Shown piece by piece: positions 36,000-48,900 of a stretch of 64,000 nt of DNA. The notes beneath the pieces are model-generated. The model searched no databases. It had not been told where the DNA came from and saw only the letters and a program-made list of their open reading frames with translations. The translations under genes and the position numbers were made by a program. The stretch comes from the human T2T-CHM13v2.0 reference genome, Homo sapiens. The number at the start of each line of letters is the position of its first letter. Position 1 is the stretch's first letter. Location of the stretch: the NCBI RefSeq assembly GCF_009914755.1, contig NC_060936.1; one strand, written 5' to 3'.

Positions 36000-36117
36000 C
36001 TTGTTGGACTGGGCAGTTCCAAAGTTATCATCCTCAGAGGCAGTTTCTGTGGTCATCTTCCCAGTGACTCCTGAGATGTGAAACAGGAGATCCCCAAGGA
36101 GCTGAACAGAGCTGAAC
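36000..36117 (-). CDS. GCN1: GCN1 exon 43 FSSVQLLG...AQSNK
   Basis: ag/gt; 118 nt. Confidence 0.95.
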
Positions 36118-36370
36118 CTGAGAAGGAGGCCAACAACACAGTCACACAGCTGCAAGGAGTGGGCTCGGCACAACTGAGCACTGCACAGAAGATGGAAAGA
36201 AGTGCACCCAAAATACTCATGACGGTCATCTTGGAATGGGAAGAGTCAGGTGGTTTACATTTCTTTACACTCGCCCACATATTTTCCAAGTTTTCTACTA
36301 ATGAACATACATTAATGTTGAGGGAAAAAAACTTTTTAAAAACATGTAAAAATTTCTATAACAAAAGTTA

Positions 36371-37447
<1,077 letters not shown>

Positions 37448-37482
37448 TCATCCCCACTGGGTCTTTCTGCCCAAGTTCTCAC

Positions 37483-37625
37483 CTGATTCTCCAAAGGTCA
37501 TCAAAGAGGCCTTGCTCTAGCTGGGGCAGCAGCAGGGCGATGGCTGTCTCAGCGTACATGGAGATAACCCGCTGGCCCGCGCGCAGGGCGGTGTCACGCA
37601 CAAACTCATTCTCATCAGCAAGAGC
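37483..37625 (-). CDS. GCN1: GCN1 exon 42 ALADENEF...DLWRI
   Basis: ag/gt; 143 nt. Confidence 0.95.
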
Positions 37626-37815
37626 CTGGGCACACAGAGGGTGGGTCAGCCAGAGCTGCCACCCCCAGGCCCCCAGCCCAAAAAACATGGGGCTCACTGA
37701 AGGCTGAGGGCTCTGCCAACCAACCCCAGCCAGCAGGGATCTCTAGCTCTCCAGGTGAGCACTTGCCTCCTGCCCTCCTCAAGGACTCTACCCTTGCCAA
37801 GGTCATGGTACCTAC

Positions 37816-38012
37816 TTTGAGGATACAGGGGATGATGGGCCCCACATAAGGAGTAAACTTGTCTCCAAAGGTGATGGGCAGGTAGTTAAACATCATAATG
37901 TAGCCATCTCGGACATGGGGTGCAATGTCCACTTTGCTGGCTGTAGCCACGATTTCTGGCATCAACTTCTCCAACTTCTCCACCCCCAAACCGGCCATGA
38001 CCTCAGCCAACC
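37816..38012 (-). CDS. GCN1: GCN1 exon 41 LAEVMAGL...PCILK
   Basis: ag/gt; 197 nt. Confidence 0.95.
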
Positions 38013-38099
38013 CTGCAACAAAGGACAGAATGAGTCCACTGGATCTGAGGGCCCCTTAGAGCATTCCCAGGCTGGCCACTGGACCTGCTCTGGCCTTAC

Positions 38100-38238
38100 C
38101 CTGTGCAGCGCCTGAGCGATCCACAGAGCTCTGCTCATAGGTCAGTGTCTCCATCAGCCACGGCAGCAAGTCCTCAAAGCACGACTCCCCCATGCCCTTC
38201 ACCATGGCCCCAAGGGCCTTTGCAGATACGGTCCGCAC
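38100..38238 (-). CDS. GCN1: GCN1 exon 40 VRTVSAKA...SGAAQ
   Basis: ag/gt; 139 nt. Confidence 0.95.
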
Positions 38239-38438
38239 CTGTCAGGTAACCGAGAGCAGAGATGGTGTGAGAAGATGAGGCTCAAAACAAGGTAGCCACA
38301 TGGGAGCAGGAAGGGGCACCGAGGGCCTCTTTCTCTTTACCCAACAGACACAAAAGCAGCTTTGGGGAATTCTCAGGAATCCATTTATGGGGACTGGATG
38401 AGGGGCCTGGCCCATCCCCCAGCCTACCTCAGACTCAC

Positions 38439-38507
38439 CTCAGGCACAGGGTCCAAAAGCGATGCTTTCAGGCCAGGCGTCACGCTGGGCAGGTACGGAG
38501 CCAAGTC
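38439..38507 (-). CDS. GCN1: GCN1 exon 39 DLAPYLPS...DPVPE
   Basis: ag/gt; 69 nt. Confidence 0.95.
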
Positions 38508-39145
38508 CTGCAACAACACAGGAGGCGGCTCAGGTGAGGCCCGACTCCTGCTTTCTCCAGGCCTGTTCCACTGTGGACCCTGACCTCCCCATTCTGCTGG
38601 CAAGGAGTGCTTGGCAGGGGCACCTAGCATGCAAACCTCACTGCCCACGGAACAGGGAGGGCAAGTAAGTCCCCTCTCCGACTGGTTCCTTCAAGGCCCT
38701 CTGCAATTGCTCAGGGACTCCTACAAGGGACCCCAGGCCCATCCTCAACAAACAGGAGTTCAATGCTCTTGCACCTCCCACCCTTCTCTTAGGACCAAGG
38801 CCTGTCCAGACTCTGGAATCTTTAGCAAATTACTTCTGGTAATTTCCTTTCAGAATTTTATTAACATCTTCCCTTTCTTCATCTCAAAATGTTTATGTCT
38901 TTTGATAGAGCATTCAGCTTTAGGGAATAATTTTAAATACAGAAAATGCCTTATGTTCACTGCAGCATCACTTAAAATAGCCAAAAACCTTGGACACTAT
39001 ATGACCAATGATAGAATTATATAAGTTATGGTATATAAACTTGTTGAGATATTATGTAACTATTAAAAATCAGTTTTGTGAATAACTTGTTATAACTTGG
39101 GAATAAGTTTTAAGTTTAGGAATGCCATTTTTAAATGTAATTTTA

Positions 39146-39706
<561 letters not shown>

Positions 39707-40227
39707 CTGTTTTTCTGGTTTTTTAATTTCCCAAATTTTCTAGGATTAATATAACTTTTATATATTTTTTTGCCCATAGCCTCAGTAAGCAAAGCAGAGC
39801 TATGGCAGACAGTGAGACCACACATGTGAGCTCCTAAGGCAGACAGTGAGATCACACATGCAAGCTCTTGGGAGCAAACAAACAAACAAACAAAATCTCC
39901 CAAACCAGGCTCTCCTGACAACAATACAGGAGTATTCTTGTCAAGAGCAAGTAGTCAAAGTGGCAAGCACTTCAACACTCTTGAGAGGTCAAAAGAGAAG
40001 ACAGGCCTTTCTGGGCCTCAGCTGAGAACTAAGAAGGACTTGAACCACTGCGCTAAGATGCCCAGAGAGCCCGGATTTCCACCACAAAATGGCTCATTTC
40101 TCCCCATAAAAATAATTAGGGACTAACGTCCATAACTTTCCATGTCTAATGTGGGGACTCTGCACCTCTGACTCTGCACTCAAACATCTTCTGGTCTATC
40201 CCACACTAGCCTCAGCTGGGCCGCTAC

Positions 40228-40448
40228 CTTCTGGTCTGTCAGGGAGTACATGTTGCCAATAATCTGGGCTGCCATCTTCCGCGTGTCCGTGGAACGGTCC
40301 TGGAAGGCTCTCTGGACAATGGGCATGATGAGGGCCAGGGATGGGGCATCAATGAAGTGGACAAACTTGGTGTCCAGCAGGGTCTGCAAGCACTTCTGGG
40401 TCTTCCTGGAGGGATCCGTCAGGGCATCCAGGAGGACTGGAGCAATGG
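40228..40448 (-). CDS. GCN1: GCN1 exon 38 IAPVLLDA...LTDQK
   Basis: ag/gt; 221 nt. Confidence 0.95.
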
Positions 40449-41342
40449 CTGCACATCCAAAGAGAAGAGAGCTGGATGATATACATCTATGCAGCTGCAA
40501 GGCCCCTGGGCCCCCAGAACTAGAATGGATCAGAAGAGAAGGGAGTCTGGCACACCTCCTCCCTGAAACCCCACAAGTCACCAGCTGGGGAAGACAGGAA
40601 ACCCACAGAGAGCAATCCTTGTTTCACTCCAACTCCTGACCTCAGGTGATCCGCCCGCCTCAGCCTCCCAAAGCGCTGGATTACAGGCATGAGCCACAGA
40701 AATAAAATTTTTGAAAAGCATGTATCCTTAGTAAATTTCTGGTTTGCCTATCGGTAATGGAGAAGTGTGTTGAAATCTCCCACTATGATATAATGTATTT
40801 GTTAACTTTTCCCTATAGCTTTATAAATTTTGTTTTATGTATTTTGAGGTTATTCCACTTTCCAGACTGAAGTACTGACTGGGCACTGGCAGCTGAAGCT
40901 TAGAATTTAACAAGTGACATGCTGGTCAAGGTGGCTGGCTGGGTTTTGTTCCTAGCGATCGACCTCTTCCCAGTACTTGAGAAAGAACCACATCCAGAGT
41001 AGTCAGGTTAATCCTAACCCTTCCTTAACCCTCCCCTCTATCAAAGGCCTCCTGGAATGAGATGGAATAGCAAGTTTTCACAGGTCCTAACATTTTGAAT
41101 GGTGCTGATGTGGTCCAGATAATGTCATTCAGTTCTGTTGACCTCATGCTCAGCTTAGTGCACAGGGATCTCTTGGAGTCAAACTGCTCCTGAGCCAATG
41201 ACTCAGTGTCCCTATTTCACTGTGAACATATTTGTCCTCGGAGGCAAAGATCTTAGCTGAATGGGTGCAAGTTCCCTGCAGTGTCCAAAGGCTGCGGCGT
41301 TGGTGGGAGGTCAGGGCAAGCACCCTCACGGGAAAGGCCTAC

Positions 41343-41522
41343 CCAGGATCTCCGGGTTCCTGATAACGGAGCCGATCTGCCTGAGCGCCTGCTGTCCAGC
41401 CTTCTGGACTTTGACATGGGAGTCGGTCAGCACCTCCGTAAGCTTGGGCACAATGTTGGGTAGACAGGATGACAGCTGCTTAGGAGCACAGTACGCCATT
41501 GCCCCAAGAAGCTCCACTGACC
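41343..41522 (-). CDS. GCN1: GCN1 exon 37 SVELLGAM...NPEIL
   Basis: ag/gt; 180 nt. Confidence 0.95.
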
Positions 41523-41999
41523 CTGTGGATAGCAGACACAAGCCCAGTACTGAATCACTGAGCACAGGCCAGCAACTCACCTGTGCTGGCTACATGAGCA
41601 AGGGACATCTACCCTGGCCCCTGCAGACGGTGCTCAAGCAGTCACTGGGAGGAGGGGAGAGGGGGCTGGCTCTAGCAGAGGGGTCGAAAAAGCTCTTGTG
41701 GCCTGCTGAACAGTGGGATCCCAGGTGAGAGGCAGGGCAGTATGGGAGAAAGAGACCAGGATAGGTAAGACCTGGTTTAATCCTTACAGTGAGATCCAAG
41801 GCCAATTCACTGAATTTCTCTGAACTGTTTCTTCATCCACAAATGAGGAAACTGATTTAGATTTGTGTTGTTTCAAACTACAGGGTGAAGCCTGAAGGAC
41901 TGAGAAGGAGGTTGAGTGGGAGGGCCTTAGATGGTGATCCTCCCCCAACTAGAGCAGCTCTACTTTTATCTGTTTGCTTATTAGGGTGCCAGACATTTT

Positions 42000-42709
<710 letters not shown>

Positions 42710-42782
42710 CTACCCAGGATCCTTGCTGAGGCTGGTTTTCATAACAGGAAGCTGGGAAGAGAGGCAGAGCGAGTGGTCTTAC

Positions 42783-42897
42783 CAGCTTTGGTCCGCCACG
42801 ATTCCTCCTCCAGGGCAGCCAGTAAGGAGGGGAGCACCAGCTTCACCCCGTGAGCACTCAAGTTGCTCATCACAGCCTTGGCACAGTCATCTGCAGC
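42783..42897 (-). CDS. GCN1: GCN1 exon 36 AADDCAKA...WRTKA (GAG acceptor)
   Basis: 115 nt; the frame-preserving acceptor is ttgag. Confidence 0.9.
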
Positions 42898-43098
42898 CTC
42901 AAGGGGGGAGAAAACACATTCAGGGGCCTCCTCACCCAAGCAAGGGGCAAGGCCTGACACCAGTCCTAGCGTTCCTCCTATAACCAACGCTTACTGGGGT
43001 TCTATTATGTCAGACCCTGTGCCAAGGCCTGCAGACACAGCTGGGAACACATCTCATAAAGTTTCCATGCTGTTCTCCCGAGCAGTCCGGGGACTTAC

Positions 43099-43220
43099 CT
43101 CACGCACATACTGGTTTCCATCCCCAAAGCACAGGAGCAGATGGGGCAGCACGTGAACCACATACGGCTCAAAAAGTTTCCCCAGCATGGTGCAGAGCAT
43201 CTCGAAGGCAAAGAGGGCTC
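43099..43220 (-). CDS. GCN1: GCN1 exon 35 ALFAFEML...QYVRE
   Basis: ag/gt; 122 nt. Confidence 0.95.
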
Positions 43221-43491
43221 CTAGGGGAAAAGAAGGTGGGACGGCTGGGAAGAGAATGTCCCCTGGGGGTAGCCACAGAGAACAGAAGGGACAGCAACCT
43301 CCCTGCCACCTCCCACCCCTCTGGAAACACTCAGAAACAGCTGTGGAACTAGTAGATGCCCCATGAGGAGGCAGCACCCTCTGCCTCAGCTCAAGAAGCC
43401 CCAGCAAAGGAATGTGGCTGAGCGAAAGGGAGGACAGCACAGGGGAGCCACCTTCACTTCTTGGCACTAACAGTTAAAAAAGCCAAACCTT

Positions 43492-44317
<826 letters not shown>

Positions 44318-44321
44318 TCAC

Positions 44322-44568
44322 CCTCTCGCCGGCGGAAGTTCTTCTTATCTTGGATGGCATCAGTCAGTGCCGCCATCATCTCCTGTTGCTTCAGCGAGAG
44401 GATGCCCAGGCCCTTCACCAGGCCCGCCAGGCCATACGCGGCCCCTTTGCGCTCTGCGTACTTGTCTGACTCCAGCAGCTGCTGCATAAGCCTCTGGATC
44501 ATCCCTCCAGCATCCTCCTTGATGGCTGGCACGAGGGGTGGCAAGCAGCTGGCTACGGACTCCTGGAC
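44322..44568 (-). CDS. GCN1: GCN1 exon 34 VQESVASC...FRRRE
   Basis: ag/gt; 247 nt. Confidence 0.95.
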
Positions 44569-45457
44569 CTGGGGAAGGGCCCACCTGTCAATGCTGTGGC
44601 TCCGCTGCAGCCGTTTCATGGTTGGTGGGGGGTCTGACCATTCTACACAGCACCCACCACTAGATGTCCCAAGCCCCATCTCAGCCACTGCCTGCGGGTG
44701 TCACAGGGCACCAGAGAAGCAAACAGGTATACACAGTGTTGTATACCTCTGAGGGTGCACACTACAATCTGCTGACGACAAAAGCTTTGGCCCATATGGT
44801 GCCATTTCTGGTCTAAATGGAAAACCTAGGCCTGGGCAGTGGGGCAGGGGACCAAGGAAGGGACTCTAAAGACTAAATCCACTCAGAAAGAAAGCTTCCA
44901 GAGAAGTGTGCTGCTTTGCCTCCATAAAAACAGCCCGTGTCTCTGTTTCCAAACTTGTCAAAATCACAGAGAAATTGGGCAGGGCCTTATAGGACCAGGC
45001 ACAAATTGAGTGGAACCAAAAGACACTCAATCCTGCCTCCCAGCCGCAGCTCACTAAGCCCAGCTTGGGAGCAGCAACCCCGAGGCCATGCTGGCAGGTG
45101 CCCAGGTGCGACTCTTTTGCTGCTTAGGCTTTCTGACACCATATTTGCCCACAATTTTGGAAACTGGTTTTCAACTGTGCATTTTTTTGGTAAAGTTTTT
45201 TGTTGTTTTTTGTTTTTGTTTTTAGAAATAGGGTCTTACTCTGTCACGCAGGCTACAGTGCAGTGGCACAATCATAATTCACTATAACCTTGAATTCCTG
45301 GACTCAAGCAATCCTATTGCCTCGGTCTCCTGAGTAGCTAGGAACACAGGCATGGCCTCCACCTCTGGCTAATTTTTAAAGTTTTTGTAGAGACAGGATC
45401 TCACTATGTTGCCCAGGCTGGTCTCGAACTACTGGCCTTAAGCAATCCTCCCACCTC

Positions 45458-45958
45458 AGCCTCCTAAAGCACTGGGATTATAGGCATGAGCCACCACGCC
45501 CAGCCCAACTGTTCACTTTATGAAGACACTCTAAGTGGTCCAAAATGCAAACCACACACACACGCGCACACACACACACACACACACACACAAAATATAT
45601 ATATATAAATATATATATATTTATATATATATACATGCGTGTTTTTCAAAACAAAGAAAAAGAAATTTATTTGCACTGTAGCTTAGAGGCTACATTAAAA
45701 CGCACCTGTAGCCTCCTAAAGCACTGGGATTATAGGCATGAGCCACCACGCCCAGCCCAACTGTTCACTTTATGAAGACACTCTAAGTGGTCCAAAATGC
45801 AAACCACACACACACGCGCACGCACACACACACACACACAAAATATATATATATAAATATATATATATTTATATATACATACATGCGTGTTTTTCAAAAC
45901 AAAGAAAAAGAAATTTATTTGCACTGTAGCTTAGAGGCTACATTAAAACGCACCTGTA
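45458..45958. repeat. ~250-bp tandem duplication containing an Alu end and (CA)n/(TA)n microsatellites
   Basis: 45458-45709 vs 45710-45957 are near identical. Confidence 0.96.
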
Positions 45959-46056
45959 ACACACAACCAACACATGTAGAGGGCCAGAAAAAGGCTTGAC
46001 ATAAGAGAAAGCCTGACCTTTTATTTTTTTTCCCTTTGGATTCCCAGTGCACGTTA

Positions 46057-46242
46057 GTGAATAGAAAAAATGGAACTATCTAGGAGGTCTATTAGAACAA
46101 AGTAACAAAGAAACTCCCTCTCCAGGGGCATTCTTCACTATAAACCAGGTGAGTAGAAAAAAATGAAACTATCTGGGAGGTCTACTAGAACAAAGTAACA
46201 AAGAAACTCCCTCTCCAGGAGTGTTCCTGACTATAAACCAGG
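46057..46242. repeat. ~92-bp diverged tandem duplication
   Basis: tagaacaaagtaacaaagaaactccctctccagg and actataaaccagg each occur twice. Confidence 0.93.
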
Positions 46243-46393
46243 CTCTCCCCTGCGAGAGGGGGTGAATCCTTAACAAGAACTGGGCTTTCAGGGCCCTGAT
46301 TGTCCAACTCCACCCCTAGTATCCCACCGCCTAACCACAGCCGGGTCCCAATTCTCTAACCGACATGTGGGTCCCAGGCCAGATGGCAGGTAC

Positions 46394-46588
46394 CTGCTGG
46401 GAGGGGGTGGAGAGGGCAGCGATGAGCTTGGCAACAATGGGCTTCACTTTGGGGTCACTCTTGTCCAGGTGCTTGGCCAGAGAGCCCATCAGGACCACCA
46501 CACTCTGTCGCACAGCATCGTAGCTGGCATCATTGGGCGCGTTCTTCAGGAACTCCTCGAATACTGGCAACAGCGAGTTGACGTTCTC
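46394..46588 (-). CDS. GCN1: GCN1 exon 33 ENVNSLLP...TPSQQ
   Basis: ag/gt; 195 nt. Confidence 0.95.
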
Positions 46589-46871
46589 CTGGAAAGCCAA
46601 ACCCCTCAGAGCCTCAGGTCAACCCTATAGGCTGCATCTGGGGACAACAGTCCCTGCCCTGAGGACCAAGACCAAGTCTAGCTCTGGGACAGGCATCCTG
46701 ACATGCCAGCCAGTGGCTCTTCCAGTTTTCTGGCAGGACTGCCACAGACTTAAAAGAATTTAACACACTATCATGGTCTTTTTGGCTCAAAGTGCTCTGC
46801 CAGGACTCTTGGCACTCAGCATTTCTGGCCCCTGCTCAGCCCTAGCGCCTGCCTCCCGTGTCTCCTTAGCG

Positions 46872-46939
46872 GGCTGGGACCCCCTTACCTTCCCGTGGGT
46901 GTTCCCTGGCTGGGACCCCCTTACCTTCCCATGAGTGTT
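46872..46939. repeat. 36-bp-period tandem duplication spanning the exon 32 donor
   Basis: ggctgggacccccttaccttccc at 46872 and 46908. Confidence 0.96.
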
Positions 46940-47090
46940 GAGCGTTGCGAGGGCTGCATCCAACATGCACTTCCGGACATCTGGGTGTCGGTCATTGAGG
47001 GCATCAGGGACAAAAAACTGAAAGAGTGGCTTCACCTGAGAGCTGTCCAAATACTGGGAGAGCTTGTTGAGGGCCAACGCCAAGCCACAC
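46925..47090 (-). CDS. GCN1: GCN1 exon 32 CGLALALN...NTHGK
   Basis: ag/gt; 166 nt; a duplicated donor lies 36 nt downstream. Confidence 0.92.
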
Positions 47091-47841
47091 CTGGGAAAGA
47101 AGTGGGAGCACATCAGGAGGGGCAGTCAGGGGGCCTCCTCTGCCAGTGGAACCTCTGCTGGTGCACGGCAAGGAGAGGGAGCTTGCCTGAGGCAAACACT
47201 GTTTTGGGGGCAGAGAACAGCCTGAAGCCCACCACCCAGTGCTCACCCAATGTTCTGGAACAACCCACTTGTCATATGGAGACTTGCCATCTGCCCTGAT
47301 TTTACCTCCTACTGGGTGACCAGCCCTGCGTTGGTTTCCCCAGAGAGGAATGTGAGTGCAATGCTCACCCCTCTACCTGCAAAGCAGGTTGTAAGAGAAC
47401 ACAGAGGTAAAAGAACCAGATGTAGAGGCCTGTGGAAGTGAACACATTCTCCAAGGGCAAAGTGTTGTTACTCTTTCCAGTCATGGAGCAAAGAATCTGT
47501 GTCCTATCCCTGGCTGATGGTCTGGAATGAAAAATAAGCCAGGATGGGCCCATACACCACCCTACACTGACACACAAGGCCTCACGGGAGTGGACACGGC
47601 CAGGATGAGCCATTCAGAGAACTAACACCCTTGCGTGTTTTGAGCCTGCTCTGTGGGAGGCAAGTGTCTTTCAATGTCCCAGTTGCTCCCAGACATCTGT
47701 CTAATCCTCCAACTGCTACTCATGGGCTCTGTGGAGAAAGGCTGGTAGCTTCTGTTATTGTGCCCTGCATATAGATGAGGAAACAGAGGCCTGGGGAAAA
47801 GGAGAAACACGCTCACGGTCACGCAGCTAGTGCAGGAGAGG

Positions 47842-48021
47842 ACACTCTAAGGAACTTACTTAGAGTTCATTTTAATTGATTTAACTTTAGCCACATGCGG
47901 TTAGTGGCTACATCTTGGACAGTACAGCCTAGAGAGAGGTGAGGAGGCAGGTCAGAGGCTCTTCTGAAAGATGGTGCCTCACACGGTCCAATCCCACCCC
48001 TTCCAGGGGCTGATGGAACTC
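47842..48021. repeat. Inverted repeat arm A (reverse complement of 48886-49065)
   Basis: Hand alignment 177/180; non-Alu; includes a short MER-type DNA transposon end. Confidence 0.97.
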
Positions 48022-48150
48022 AGGCCTCCCCGACTCTGAGGGAGGTCCTGCTCTTTCATTAACCCATGCTGCCTCCTCACAGCACCCACCCAGCCAACCT
48101 GCCACATCTCACAAAGCTTGGAGTAGAACGAGGCTGAACAATTGTTATAC

Positions 48151-48221
48151 CTGGCTTCCCACTGATCTGGAGGAGATTCTGAAATAACTCGTCCCAAAGC
48201 ATCCAGCACTGGGGGCGGCCG
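48151..48221 (-). CDS. GCN1: GCN1 exon 31 RPPPVLDA...QWEA
   Basis: ag/gt; 71 nt. Confidence 0.95.
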
Positions 48222-48421
48222 CTGCAACAGACAAGTTGGTAAATGCTTTGCAACGGGCAGATCAATGACCTGGGCACCAGGATTGTGAGGCAGGAAACTA
48301 GCCGCAGCTACCCTGAGCCACCGTGAGCCCCGAGATTCCTGTCTGGAGCAGTAGCGGGGTGAGCAGAGACCCACCCAACCGCACACACCCAGACTGCATC
48401 AGGGCTGCACAGGTCACTCAC

Positions 48422-48611
48422 GTAGAGCTTTTCCTGGTAAATCTCCATGAGCCTGCCCATAACCTCCGCCGCCTGCCGCTGGTAACGTGCCACTGCTTGG
48501 GAGAGGGCTTCGGCCCCTGCCTGCCTTACAGCCGCCTCATGATAGATCACGTCGTCAATCAGCAAGGAGCAGAGGTCTGGCTGCAGGTCTAGGCCCATCA
48601 TTGACCAGAGC
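48422..48611 (-). CDS. GCN1: GCN1 exon 30 LWSMMGLD...QEKLY
   Basis: ag/gt; 190 nt. Confidence 0.95.
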
Positions 48612-48614
48612 CTG

Positions 48615-48680
48615 TGGGAGATCCAAGGCAGGGGCTGCTTAGACAAAGATCTGCAGCACTTGCCCTGCCAGCCCAGCCCT
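48615..48680 (-). ncRNA. MIR4498: MIR4498 precursor hairpin (5p arm UGGGCUGGCAGGGCAAGUGCUG, ~48654-48675)
   Basis: Reverse complement AGGGCUGGGCUGGCAGGGCAAGUGCUG...CUGCCUUGGAUCUCCCA matches the hsa-mir-4498 sequence as I recall it; hairpin ends at the intron 3' splice site. Confidence 0.8.
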
Positions 48681-48772
48681 TCTTCCCACTGGAGGCTGAG
48701 CACACTGGGTTCAGTTATTTCCTAAAGGAAGAGAGGATGCAGCAGGAGAAAGCGACATGCTGGCTCTCTCAC

Positions 48773-48900
48773 CTCTCAGCCAGCTTCCGGATCTCCTCCT
48801 CCTTGTCAAACTTGACCACCCAGAGTCTCCGCAGAAGGTTCAGGCCATTCTTCTCATCAGTATCAGGTGCTGGCAATACCATGTGGAGTTCCATCAGCCC
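48773..48900 (-). CDS. GCN1: GCN1 exon 29 GLMELHMV...RKLAE
   Basis: ag/gt; 128 nt; translated by hand. Confidence 0.95.

Larger units (their letters stand above)
48151..48900 (-). ncRNA. Predicted circular RNA of GCN1 exons 29-31 (389 nt spliced; circGCN1L1)
   Basis: Exons bracketed by a 180-bp inverted repeat; agrees with my recollection of a reported GCN1L1 circRNA (not verifiable here). Confidence 0.7.

Noticed and set aside
44657-44670. CTCF-like CCACTAGATGTCCC (and CTACTAGGGGGCCA near 49830)
   Set aside because: Partial matches that are expected by chance in 64 kb; cannot be supported without a PWM scan or ChIP data
45545-45999. Repeated His/Thr/Tyr/Ile-rich ORFs (also 57943-58387)
   Set aside because: Translations of CA/TA microsatellites
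45458-46939. CRISPR-like or prokaryotic repeat system
   Set aside because: Only two-copy tandem duplications with no spacers; the DNA is clearly primate
47987-48021. Plus-strand copy of the exon 29 acceptor as the exon of an antisense gene
   Set aside because: Explained as part of the inverted duplication; no antisense promoter or partner donor could be supported
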